Part shown: one piece after another, positions 1 to 11,933 of the stretch
Numbering within the stretch: the stretch's first letter is position 1
How the letters are laid out: each line of letters starts with the position of its first letter
NCBI GenBank assembly: GCA_951406725.2
Contig: OX597827.1
Location: 73,346,001 to 73,410,000, forward strand
DNA from: Octopus vulgaris
Taxonomy: Eukaryota
DNA: 64,000 nt
Direction of reading: 5' to 3'
Notes under the pieces: model-generated
Databases searched by the model: none
What the model saw: only the letters and a program-made list of their open reading frames with translations
What the model was told of the DNA's origin: nothing
Program-made: the position numbers and the translations under genes

Positions 1-20
1 AGAACTTAGTAACAGGCTAA

Positions 21-443
21 ATACCTATTTCTTTACTACCCACAAGGGGCTAAACACAGAGAGGACAAACAAGGACAGACAAACGGATTAAGTCGATTAT
101 ATCGACACCAATGCGTAACTGGTACTTGTTTAATCGACTCTGAAAAGATGAAAGGCAAAGTCGACCTCGGCGGAATTTGGACTGAGAAAGTAGCGACAGG
201 CGAAATACCTATTTCTTTACTACCCACAAGGGGCTAAACACAGAAGGGACAAACAAGGACAGACATAGGTATTAAGTCGATTACATCGACCCCAGTGTGT
301 AACTGGTACTTAATTTATCGACCCCAAAAGGATGAAAGGCAAAGTCGACCTCGGAGGAATTTGAACTCAGAACGTAGCGGCAGACGAAATACCGCTAAGC
401 ATTTGGTTCAGCGTCCTAACGATTCTGCCAGCTCACCTCCTGA
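21..443 (-). mobile_element. tRNA-derived SINE family A, dimer of ~185-bp body units with one head
   Basis: Minus strand reads GAGCTGGCAGAATCGTTAG...GAGTTCAAATTCC (A/B-box-like head) followed by GCCTTTCATCCTTTTGGGGTCGATAAATTAAGTACC. The same sequence recurs many times in the window. Confidence 0.85.
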
Positions 444-689
444 CTGATGATAATATTAATAATAATAGTGGTAAGTACTGCTGTTATTACTACTACAACT
501 ACCGTGACTACCATTAACAACAATAATAAACGTGACTGTAATATATGCTTCATTCTAAATCTGTATTTTCTTTATCACTTTGCTGGTTTGTCCCTCTCTC
601 TAATGCAGTGCCGCTGCGATTTTAACTGTGATGTTTTATTCCACATATTTTATTTTTGTGCTCTATTCTTTGCATCTAATATTCCATCA

Positions 690-960
690 TCTGCTATTCT
701 TGAATTCTTCCCTTTGTATTTTTTTCAACATCTCTTCCCATTTCTTTTTCCCTTTTCTTTATTTTTCCTTTTCGTTATTTTTCCATTTCTTTATTTTCCC
801 TTTTCCCTTTTCTCTTTCTTCTTTTTTCTATTTCTATTTATTCTATTTTTCTTTTACTGTTTCTTTTTCTTTCTTTCACACCCTTTTCGCTTTCACTTCT
901 TTCTCATTTTCCTTTTCTTCCTGTCCAGTTTCTCTTCTCCCGTTATCAATTCTTTCCTCA
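690..960. repeat. Polypyrimidine low-complexity tract
   Basis: Almost pure T/C on the + strand. Confidence 0.8.
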
Positions 961-1149
961 TTATCACACCCCGTGATTAAAAATCTATATATAAATGCGA
1001 AAACCTCATTAATCTTCCTTTCGTAGCTTCTCTGAATATCCTGTGCACCTACGTATAAAGCCTCCCTACCATTTGTAGCCGGTAGAGCACTCGACATGTT
1101 CGGAAACTATTTGGCCAAAATGATGGAGTACATCCAATTGCGCAATGAT

Positions 1150-2400
1150 TGAAAATGTCCAGAATCACTTCTGTTCAATAATATTGAAAGCACATCCAAT
1201 GAAGAAACCAGCCACAGTACTTATTACAAGATTAACGACGAGGGTCAAGGTTTAGTATCACAACTGGGCATAACAGGCTGAGCTGAATGTCTGAAACGAC
1301 ATTAACATTAACGTCTGCTAAAAGACCTCAAAGACAACTTCATCAGTAGCCTGAAGTGTAGATTCATTGAACGTATGAATTGTGAATTGGGATAGATCAG
1401 CAAAAGGAACCTCGACAGTATCAATGCCAAAATCAGAACGTCCGCTGAACCTAATGGAACTGTAGCCACATCATTCAGTTGTTCAATAACAAAGAGGATA
1501 AACACAGTCATGAGTTTATGCAGCTTGTACAGTTTTACTCATCCATATCCCGAAAGCTTCTGCTCCGAGCGTTTGAATTCGATAAAATGTTTACTTCAAT
1601 CTCGGAAATAGACATCAATGTTATTCTTAAAGCCGCGAATCACAGTTATTACACGATAACTCATTTGAGTGAAGAAGCAAGGAGACGAGATTTTGGACAC
1701 CCCATGGACAGCTTTGATTGCGCTGAATGTGCAGATCTTGTTAAACTGTCGTCGCTGAGAATGCTTAGGGATGAATTATCAAGCGTTCACCTCGGACTCT
1801 ATCGTAACGATGAGATGTATATAGACAATCTTTGATACAGTAACACAAAAATCATTAATAAGTATTTTCAATAATTTCGAACTCAAGATAACAGTCATGA
1901 CTAATCTGATGATCTTGATCTTACTAGATCTGACTCTAGATCTAAGCAATGGCTTAAACCGAGCATATAAAAAGCCAAGTAAAGATGACATCTACATCAA
2001 CAAAGGCTCCAGTCACCTGCCTAAAACTCGGCATATAGATGGCAATACCAGAAGATATATTTCCAATCTTCTAATAGGGAAATATTCAACAGAGCCGCCC
2101 CATACTACAACAACTTCCATTAAACACTGTGGCTCCATCAACAAAATAAAATACTATCCCCAACAAGAATATGAAGCACAAAGACAAAAATGTAACCCTC
2201 TCTACATCATCAACATGTCAAACAACCTCGCCAGACGTTTTCTCTTTCGTATAAGAAAGCACTTCTCAGTTAGCAAACACACTACAAATATTCAATAAGA
2301 GCACGGTGAACGCTAGTTGCAGCTGCCTTGGTAATAGAGAATCAAACATACTAAACTACGATACGAGAACTACTCCAACAAACAATTAAAATCCGATTCC
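1150..2400 (+). mobile_element. Decayed Penelope-like retroelement (PLE) reverse transcriptase/thumb region
   Basis: Frameshifted motifs QFYSSISRKLL, MDSFDCAECADLV, LGLYRND, LLDLTLDLSNG..YKKP....YINKGSSH and NPLY...NNLARRFL..IRKHF match PLE RT consensus (FYPSI, MGSFDGAE, GLYRDD, FLDVTLDL, WFNPPYS). Confidence 0.8.
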
Positions 2401-2724
2401 ATAAGGTTGTAATTGTTGAAAATGGTCGCAATGACCACTCTATTACAGGGGTTTCTATATCAGTTTCTAAGCACATCTCGTACCTAAATGACAGTGATTA
2501 TCAACAAGTGGAGAATTTTAACTAATGCTAGTTCCTATAATGGAATGAATACAAGATGAAATATGTACGTAAGGAAAAAGCGGAATATCGTGTTTGCAAT
2601 TAATATCCTAAAATCAAGAGAGGAGATACGTTCACTCTACCTACAAGCGGAGACTTTCAGTTTACAATTATTTAAACATATCCCTCCCCTATACGAATTC
2701 CATCTACGTACATGTACAGCAATA

Positions 2725-3118
2725 TCTTTATATATAAAAGTGAAGTTGTGTGTCTGTCTCCTACGATTTAGATTCCTAACTACTCCCACATTTTGCGGTG
2801 CAGTTTAACCAAAACCGGTTATCTTATAGTCGTGATTCATATCGAGCCCTTCTGGGTATTAGCGCGCGTCTACGATGAGTCTACGATTTTAAAAAAATTA
2901 CCATAATGTTTTTCCATTTTAATGCATTTTTTCGATATTATATAAGGGAAGTAACTCTCTAAAATGTCTACGATGTGTCAACGATTAAAAAAAAAATTAC
3001 CATAATTTTTTTTCCATTTTTAATGCATTTTTTTGCTATTTTTTGGCTATAACTCTCTAAAAATGCTTATATAGTTATTTCCCTAACAAACCCGAGCAAC
3101 GCCGGGCGATACTGCTAC
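2725..3118 (+). mobile_element. Non-autonomous Helitron-like element (same family as 25263-26803)
   Basis: Starts TCTTTATATATAAAA. Subterminal hairpin CCCGAGCAACGCCGGG at 3091-3106, ending GCTAC (decayed CTAG). Homologous to the minus-strand trimer. Confidence 0.75.
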
Positions 3119-3399
3119 TCTGCTATAGATCTCTATTTTTACTATGTCTGCTGGTTACCTGTATCGTCAGATAAGTTCAATACCTTTATTGGCATTACTC
3201 TCACCCTTATAAAATTTCAATCCCTTTGTTTGTTCTGCTCATCTTCCTCACTTATTTTTCTTTTACTTACTTGACTTATATTTCACACACATTTCCTATC
3301 ATATTTAGCTTTTTTAGTCTTTAAATCCGTTTCGTTTTTCTACTTTCCCCTGTTTTTCTTGTTCTTTTTCATGCGGTTTGTTTTAAGGCTTATTGCTGG

Positions 3400-4130
3400 G
3401 CTATGGGCATCCAGCTCTGACAGCATAATCTATATGGTCAGTGGCTTCGGCGGTAAGTGCAACGTCATCTTCAAATGAAAGGTGTATTAATAATAGCCGT
3501 TGATGTTCATGCCACCTATCCAGTCAATGTCTCTGATGAGTATTTATAGACATACGGTGAAGAGCTTAGGAGAAATGGTATCTCCTTGTTTGTGGCCCTT
3601 TTAATTCGGAAATTTTATTAGTAGCATAGCAGCGCTATATCAGTGTTGTATCCAGAGCTTATATCCCTTTGGAGTTTGATGTATTGCGACACCTTGTATT
3701 TCCTGAGATTTCAGCACTGCCTTCAACACGATGTTACGGAAGGTCTCTCGTTGTCGACAAATGTGACTCACAGTCGCAGTTTGTATTGTTTCGCTCTATT
3801 AGAAGTGAATTTGTGATCCATCGTAGTGTAGTATTTGCGGAAAATTTGCTTGGAGTTGCGGGTGATGGTCACCGAGATATATCGATAGTATGGTGTGTAT
3901 ATAACCTTTGTAACAGCTTGCAGAGAAGGTGAAATTGTGTTAGGTATTCTTTATCACCCTTCTCATGAATCCAGATGATATTCAACACTTTCTTCGGTGA
4001 GAGTATTTTATCTTCCTTCAGAAAGCGATTGAAGCGTACTTCCACAGATCTTCGCTACACCTTAGCATCTCTGTTGCTATTCCACACTTTCTAGAGCTGT
4101 TTTTGCTTTCATCAGCTTGCGAGCATTTTC
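3400..4130 (-). mobile_element. RTE-clade LINE reverse transcriptase fragment
   Basis: Minus-strand motifs KQGDTISPKLFT and GMNING..IHLSFEDDVAL, degenerate forms of RQGDTISPKLF and GINING..LNHLRFADD. Confidence 0.75.
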
Positions 4131-4683
4131 AATTTCACTGACCAGAATATATACATTGCGAAGTTTATTATAACAGATATATACACACACACGCGTGCGC
4201 ACACACACTTAGTACGTCGTACAGGGTTGCATTCGTGGTATGCATAGTGATTTAGTTTTATGCCATTGAAAGTAACAAGGTTGATTGACTCTATGTAAAG
4301 ATTCTCTCGAATTTTCTGTCAATTTACTCATTGTATGTTCGACTTGTGTTAGGCTAATTCCATTCGTTTATATTGTATATTGAAAATATTTTAATGAAGG
4401 CTAATTATATTTGTTTATTTGAGTTCACTATGAATAGTGATTATTTTGTTAAATAATTTGGTTATTAGATATTGACTATAACTGAGTTTAGGATATTCGT
4501 GAGTTTATTATGTTTTTCAAAGCCATGTTATATCTTAATAGATAAATACATTTTTCTATCTATTGTTTTACCTTAAAAATTAATATTTAACATAATAAAT
4601 GGGTTGTATGACATAATCCTAATTTTTTAAGTATCTCATTTGATAATAGGGTCTTTTATAAGAAAAATTATTATTTCATTGTG

Positions 4684-5291
4684 AGGTGTACTTGCCATCT
4701 CAATATGGCTAACCACTAAGGGTGGGTGTTACTGTAGTTTGTAGCCCCAGGAGAACATCGTCTCCAGCTGGCTTTAGGCACACTTTCTGTGCCCTTATGG
4801 TATTTGCAAAGGGAGGTCACCCTTCCCTCGTCAACCTAAGTGATACGCACGGACTGCAGTTTCTAGGTTTTGACCTGTCCTCAGCGTACGACAATCACCG
4901 GCTTTCGATGAAGGGAGGTCCCAATGCAAATTCTTATATCGTTTTTCCAGTAACCGGTGATTGTCGTACGCTGAGGACAGGTCAAAACCTAGAAACTGTC
5001 CTCAGCGTACGACAATCACCGGTTACTGGAAAAATGATATAAGAATTTGCATTGGGACCTCCCTTCATCGAAACCGGTGATTGTCGTACGCTGAGGATAG
5101 GTCAAAACCTAGAAACTGCAGTCCATGCGTATCACTTAGGTTGACGAGGGAAGGGTGACCTCCCTTTGCAAATACCATAAGGGCACAGAAAGTGTACCTA
5201 AAGCCAGCTGGAGATGATGTTCTCCTGGGGCTACAAACTACAGTAACACCCACCCTTAGTGGTTAGCCATATTGAGATGGCAAGTATACCT
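4684..5291. mobile_element. Fold-back/MITE-like element forming a 608-bp near-perfect palindrome with nested inverted repeats
   Basis: 4684-4980 is the reverse complement of 4996-5291 with few mismatches. Related terminal sequence occurs at about 19015-19180 and 46160-46250. Confidence 0.85.
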
Positions 5292-5906
5292 TATATTATT
5301 TTATTTATTTACTAAAAAATATTATTTAACTCTATTTGCTTATTCATTTAACTATTATCATTAACCTGAAGATTGACTATAATTTTAATTCGAATTTTTA
5401 ATTGAAGTTAAACTTAATTGTAATTCGAATTGAATAATAGCCATGAAAAGTACGTAGTGTTTTTACTTATTATATTACATTAAATTTTTAATACTATTTG
5501 GTTAGTTTAAAAAAATTAATGAATTAAAACATTAAAAAATTAATTGTTTAAAACTTTATAAATTTAAAATATAAAAATATAAAAATTTATAAATATTTAT
5601 TTTAAAATTTAAAATTTTAATATTTTAAATTTTTTATTTTATATATATTTTGTATATTATATTAATTAATTTATTTTTTGCTTTTTTATGTTTTGGTTTA
5701 TGTCTATCACTATTTGATTTGCCTAATAGTGGTTTTATCTCTAATTTAATTTATATTTATACTGTGAAATTTGATTTAATCCTAAATCTAATTTTTCCCT
5801 GTAAGTTTGGATATACTCCCTAATATTATATATATATATATATATATAAATTTTGCATACCATATATTTCACACAATTACACTTTTATATACAAATGTAC
5901 ATATAA

Positions 5907-6888
5907 TTACCTCCGCCAAGGAAGGAGGTTGTTTTCATTGGCGTTCATTTGTCCGTCTGTCCGTCTCTGTGCAAAATAACTAAGAAAGTTGTGAACAGTA
6001 TTTGATGAAACTTGCAGGAAAAGATGGTAATGAGAAGGAAAAGATTGTAATGACACAAAGATGGCAATGATGATTAAACTTTGGTAGTGATCCGGGAATT
6101 TTTATGGAGTCTTGAAGGATTTTTAATTTGTTATATTTACATTACATGACGTATTACAAGGTTACGTTCTTTGATTATCCCCCTTGAAAACACGTTCATC
6201 GTTTGCACGTAACGTATGGTGGCGTTGCTGTTTCCAAAGTTTATTTTCGTTTCTCTATTAGTAATTTTACTGGCGCATCTATCTTAAAATGAGCTGCTTG
6301 GTGGAGGTCTGCGGATGATCACATGACAAGCCTTGACGATTGGGATCGACTCAAAAAACTCAGACTTTGCTCCCTCCACCGCCGCTGTGTCCCATGAGTA
6401 TCGGATAATGGAATATTCACGGTGTAAAGAAACTGATTGTGATGATCGAAGTTTTGACGGTGATTGTGGTGAAAGCAGAGACAGTGTTGATGATGACGAT
6501 GATCGAGATAAATATCGGAGGAGGATAAAATAGTATCGGTGTTTATAATGGCGACAGGAGCGGTGTTATGTGTGACGCTGAGATGATGGTGGTAATAGTG
6601 GTGTTGATGATAGTGTTAGTTGCGTAATGGTGGTATTGTAGTGGTTATACTGGTTGTAGTGGTGAAATTGACTGTCAAGGTAATCGTCATGATAACGTTG
6701 ATGGTGGTGTATGCGGTTGAAGTGGAAGCAATGACAATGCCGTTGTTGATGTTGGTGATAGAGGTAGGATAGTTGTGGTGGTGATTGTGATATGGTGGTA
6801 GTGGTGGTGGTCGTCGTCAACGTTGACGTCGTAGTGCTGCTCCTGCTGGTTTGGCGAAGATCTGCTCTCTCCGAGTGCTTTTCTAGTT
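5907..6888 (+). mobile_element. Non-autonomous Helentron (HINE/DINE-like) element
   Basis: 5' TTACCTCCGCCAAGG(A)AGGAGGT, then a GTCC/GTCT microsatellite and ATGAAACTT. 3' subterminal inverted repeat CTTGGTGGAGGT and terminal GCTCTCTCCGAGTGCTTTTCTAGTT. Confidence 0.7.
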
Positions 6889-7529
6889 ATGCATGTGTAT
6901 GTGCGCGTGTGCACCTGTGTGCATACACATGTAGTTATACACAAATGCATGAACATTTCTTTTTATATATGAATACATTATATTCAACTCTGGCTGCTAT
7001 AATACTGTATTACAAACAATCGGTTTAATAATGGCGCGACCATAAAAATAGATACGAAAGCCACCAAAACCCTTACACTCTAAAGTGAAGTATTGCACTA
7101 GCAATTAGAGGAGTTACAGACCGAAAGGAAATTTTGCTGGCGAGGTCATAGCCGCCATATTATTAAAACAATACAACGTTTTCATCAATCACACGTTGGT
7201 CCCTTCTGATGTTCAAGGTAAAGAGAAAACAAAACTCATTTCCATTATCAAAAACAAATCAAATTTCATCAACAATAATAATATTCTTTTAACTTGCTAT
7301 ATAATATTTATATACACTGTGTCAACATAAATAAACAAATGTATTGTGAGCCAACGAAGATTCTTTTAATCGGCCACTAGAATCGTTAGAACTAGCAAAC
7401 AAACTTTCTGTCAAAACGCACGATACTGTCATAGAGAGTCACGGCTGGAACACTTTCGAAAATAATCCTGCTGAATCAAGATAAACTGAGACGAACCGAC
7501 AACATTAATAACTTTTTAACAATACTTAC

Positions 7530-7790
7530 GATTATTTCCCATTCGATTATATATTCTCAGTTGGGATATCGTGTATGGTTTATCAAACATCACTTGCCAA
7601 TATGGATCTTTTTCCCAGTCAGTACTTGCACATGATTTATGCGTAATTCCAGGATCAAAATTTCCGTCAACTGCTTTGTCGGATGCCATCGATATATTCA
7701 TGTTTTCACAAGTTCCATTATGGAAGACTGTAGTTCCTTTTATTCCATATGTACTTGTTTGATTTGTAGTTTGACCTCGAGCAATATTAA
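7530..7790 (-). CDS. Gene 1 exon: N-terminal half of an F-type lectin (FTP/fucolectin, F5/8-like) domain
   Basis: AG...GTAAGT, 261 bp, phase 1-1. Encodes (V)NIARGQTTNQTSTY...ASDKAVDGNFDPGITHKSCASTDWEKDPYWQVMFDKPYTISQLRIYNRMGNN. Confidence 0.9.
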
Positions 7791-8069
7791 CTGGAAAATA
7801 TAAATGTCAGAATTAATAAAGTGTAAAAAGATTTTAGTATAATGTATCTTGAAAGTATAACTTATGAAACAGTCACACATTTATGTAAACCACATTTTTT
7901 GTACATAATAACATAAATGCAGTGTATACCTTGTAAGACGTTTATTTATGTATCGCCCTTATTTACCGAATGGGAAATGACTGTTTTAATGCAAAAACTT
8001 AACAATTCTAAAGAAAATATACGTAAAACATCTGGTAAGGATATCGACAAAGCTACTGTATTCCTATAG

Positions 8070-8260
8070 CTTGAGGCTGCGAACTGGCAGAATCGCTACC
8101 ACACTTCTTTCACTATTACGTTCTGAGTTCAAATGGCGCCGGGTTCGTCTTTACTTTTCGGAGTCCATAAAATAAGTACCAGCTGAATATTGGAGTCTAT
8201 GTAATCAACTATCCCCCTTCTCCGAACCTGCTGACCTCGTGCAAAAAAAAAAAAAAGAAA
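8070..8260 (+). mobile_element. Degenerate SINE family A copy
   Basis: GAACTGGCAGAATCG...GTTCTGAGTTCAAAT...AATAAGTACCAG. Confidence 0.65.
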
Positions 8261-8485
8261 CCGATACTCTTTCATCTTGAAGAATTTTCTTCAATTCTAC
8301 ATCTGGCTGAATTTTTAGCGCAGACTTATTTTACATTGGATTCTAAAACACATTTCTATATTTGCTGTAGAAAATATTGTTTGGGGAAATCGAGATGAAT
8401 ATACAATTATGATGTACAATTTGCTCTCCTCAAAATAACTGATTAATGAAGATTTTAAATTGAATATTATTAGATTAAATTTATA

Positions 8486-10200
8486 CAGTCATACCTCGCA
8501 TTTCTAGTTTAATCCGTTCCATGGCCGAGCTCGTGTTACGATTTACTCGTTTTACAAATCAATTTTCCCCAATTTTGAAATTAATTAAAATATAGTTAAT
8601 CCGTTCCCGACCCTCCCTCAAATCACGCCAAAATAATTTTTATGGGTTTTAAAACTGAAAAGGTGAAGTTACATGGGAAATGACAATTGTAAAAACATGA
8701 TAAAAGAGAATGCAAAGGAAATGTGTAAACTGATTTTATTAATTCAATTACTTTAATGATAGGACGCTGTGTGCGCGAGGAAGACGATAGACCAGAGGAG
8801 GAGGATTATTGTTTGGAAGGAGAATTTTCTTCTATTGAGATTTGAGGGGTGTTTTCTGCCTCACTTCGCTTAATTTAGGCCTTTTGGACACTTTCTTTAC
8901 GTTTCACACTTGGAGGTCGTTTCTTTAGAAACATATAAAGAGAAGTCTGCATTTTCCTGCATTTCAAAATGTTAAGAAAATGTGCCAGACCAGTATCATT
9001 AGATAAAGCAGCTGCACGGCTTGTATATGCTTATTCAGGCTGAGATTTTACTACAGATTCAGAAACATACTGCTACTTGCCAACACAGCCTTGAAGTCAC
9101 CCGTAGAGATAACCATTTCTGCAACACACTCCTACTCCGGGAACCAAATTCTTACACCACATCCGAATGCTGTTGTTCATGAAGCTGAAGGAGTTCATCT
9201 GTTGTCAGCTTCTCTGAGTGTTCCTCGATGAGATAGTTAATGTCCTCATCATCTACCTCGTGGCCCATGGACTTGTCAAGAGACACTATCTCCTCGACTA
9301 CAGATGTCTCAGACTCACACCCTTTGAAATCTCTTTCGGATACACAGTCAGTCCACAGTTTCTTTTTGTAGAATTCAGTGTTCTCCTCGTTACAATCTGC
9401 TAAACCATATCGATGATTTTCAGCCAGTAAACAATGTTGTTGTGCTCTTTCCAAAACTCACGAATGGTTAGATTTGTATTTTCGGTGACTTCAAAGTACC
9501 GACGAAACCGGTGTTTGGTGTACTATTTCCTACAATTAGAAATCACCTGTTAGTCCATGGTCGGCAAATTAGGTATGGTGTTGCGTGAAATGTACATAAC
9601 TCATAAATTCAGATTTGTCCAGGATATCATCTTTGAAGTTAAGAGAGTGAGCAGGAGCATTGCCGAAGATGAGGAGGGCCTTGTGAGGAAGGTCGTTCTC
9701 CAGAGAGTACGTTTTCACTGCTGCTCCGAAGATAAGGTTCACATACTGGGTGAAGAATTCCCTGGTGGCCCAGGCTTTAATGTTCAACGTCAACATGACC
9801 TGAAGCTTCTCCTTTAGAATTTTGTGCGACTTGTACGTTTGTGGGTTTTCGGAATGGTAGAAAATGAGCGGCTTAATCTTCAAGTCTCCACTTGCATTGT
9901 CACAAATGGCAAGAGTTGGACTGTCATAGGCTTGTGGCGTGGCAGTTCTTTCTCCTCTGCAGTTATGTAGTTTCTTCTAGGTATTTCCTTCCAAAAAAGG
10001 CCAGTTTCATCACAGCTGAATACCTTTTGTGCGATGTACCCCTCGGCTACGATGAGCTGACTGAATTCATGCACGAAATCCTCAGTTGCCTTCGTGTCAG
10101 AGCTCGCTGCTTTTCCATACCTGACAACGATTTGAACACCAGACCTCTTCTTGAAATTATCGACAGCTGCGACCGGCCTTAAATATTTCTGCTGATGTCT
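8486..10200 (-). mobile_element. Decayed Tigger/pogo-family DNA transposon (CENP-B-like DDE transposase)
   Basis: TA|CAGTCATACCTCG terminus at 8486. ORF fragments QKVFSCDETGLFWKEIPRRNYI, KIKPLIFYHSENP and KALLIFGNAPAH. Confidence 0.9.
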
Positions 10201-10355
10201 CCTCCGTCGATGTACTTTATAATTTCGCCCTCAATTTGACGTATGAGAAGAACCTTACCATTACGATACCGCAATATACTAAAGCATTGATACAGTCATA
10301 GGAATCTAACAAAATAGAAAGACTGACATACAGAAATAAGCAATGTAATATATTT

Positions 10356-10505
10356 TGCGAGGTGGTGAGCCGACTGAGCGGTTAGCACTCCGGTCAAAAT
10401 GCTTAGCGATATTTCACCCAACTAATGTTTGGGGTTCAAATACCGCCGAGGTAGATAGTGCACCCTCCCCCAAAATTGCTGGCCTTGTACCAAGATTTGA
10501 AACCA
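10356..10505 (+). mobile_element. Degenerate SINE family A copy
   Basis: GGTGGTGAGCCGAC...GTTAGCAC...GTTCAAATACCGCCGAGG. Confidence 0.6.
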
Positions 10506-11359
10506 GTATATTCTGTACGCACGAGAATAACATATCTCCGATTTGTTAGCAAAAGTTATGTAATTTACTGTATAGACTTTAGAATATATTACTGGTACCT
10601 ATTGTATCGATACTCACTGAAAGGATGGAAATCAAGGTTAGTTCGGTCGAGTGGTGGAGATGAACTTGGAATGTAAAACGACATAAATAAATACTGGTCC
10701 ACTGTGTCAATCATTTAAACCATGTTTACTATTTATCTTTTCCAAGATTCATCCTCACATCGGATGCAATGGGCTTTCCTACATTATACTTTAATACACC
10801 CCCCCCCACACACACACATACACACACACACACAAGAAATTGTTAAGCCCAATTCCACCAGCATTCATAGATTTTCCAAGTAACATAAATTAAAAAACTA
10901 AACACCGCAGTTTAAGAGAACACTCTCCAATGTAACTGTGCTCGTGCTGCGTAAAATTCTGAGCTTAATTGTGTCTTTGTTAAATCATTTAGCCTAGGAT
11001 ATATTATAATACAAAGAAGAGGATACTAACTAATTATTGCTCCGAAGTTTTTATATTATATTTAAGCACATCTATTTAGGTTATGTGGTCAGCAGTAAAT
11101 ATTAATATATGGTTTAAAATCTGAATACTAAGGAGATGAACGGTATAGACACGTTTTCCCAGGCTACTCGCCAACAACTATACAAAAAAGCCATAAGCAT
11201 CTGTATTATTCTGAATCTCTGAACTCTTCAATTTTTATTGGCTATTTGTACCATAACTACACAATATCCTACCGACAGATATTCGTAAGCACACAATATT
11301 CCTATAAACGAATACACACAAGTTCATAGAATATTTTAACCACACATTTATCAATATTC

Positions 11360-11933
11360 TTTTCTATTGTAGGCGCATGGCCCTAAATGTTTGTGGAGGA
11401 GACCAGTCGATTATATCGACTCCAGTGCGTAACTGGTACTTATTTAATCGACCCCTAAAGGATGAAAAGCAAAGTCGACCTCGGCAGTATTTGAACTCAG
11501 AACGTAACGGCAGACGAAATACCTATTTGTTTTCTACCCACAAGGGCTAAACACAAAGGACAAACAAGGACAGACAAACGGATTAAGTCGATTATATCGA
11601 CCCCAGTGCGTAACTTGTACTCTTTTAATCGACGCCGAAAGGATGAAAGGTAAAGTCAACCTCGGCAGAATTTGAACTCAGAACGCACGGCAGACGAAAT
11701 AGCTATTTGTTTACTACCCACAAGGGGCTAAACACAGAGAGGACAAATAAGGACAGACAAACGGATTGAGTCGATTACATCGACCCCAGTGTGTAACTGG
11801 TACTTAATTTATCGACCCCAAAAGAATGAAAGGCAAAGTCGACCTCGGCGGAATTTGAACTCAGAACGTAACGGAGACGAAATACGGCTACGCATTTCGC
11901 CCTGTGTGCTAACGTTTCTGCCAGCTTGCCGCC
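11360..11933 (-). mobile_element. SINE family A trimer (three tandem bodies, one head)
   Basis: Three successive ~180-bp units, with the head at 11880-11933. Confidence 0.85.

Noticed and set aside
447-1097. Hydrophobic F/L-rich ORFs resembling membrane proteins
   Set aside because: They are translations of a polypyrimidine tract.
4722-5253. Two near-identical ORFs on opposite strands
   Set aside because: A by-product of the palindrome, with GTG starts and no recognisable protein.
5361-5411. TTAAC-CTGAAGA...CGAAT...GTTAA hammerhead-like arrangement
   Set aside because: GAAA and stem III are not intact, and chance pairing is likely in such AT-rich DNA.
4230-5820. Very AT-rich flanks of the palindrome resembling mitochondrial DNA (NUMT)
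   Set aside because: Only vague resemblance to mitochondrial rRNA. No diagnostic motif, tRNA or reading frame could be confirmed. A BLASTN against the mitogenome would settle it.
11360-11933. Regularly spaced repeats suggesting a CRISPR array, and tRNA-like heads suggesting tRNA genes
   Set aside because: Eukaryotic context with no unique spacers. The units are SINE bodies, and the heads do not form a full cloverleaf.
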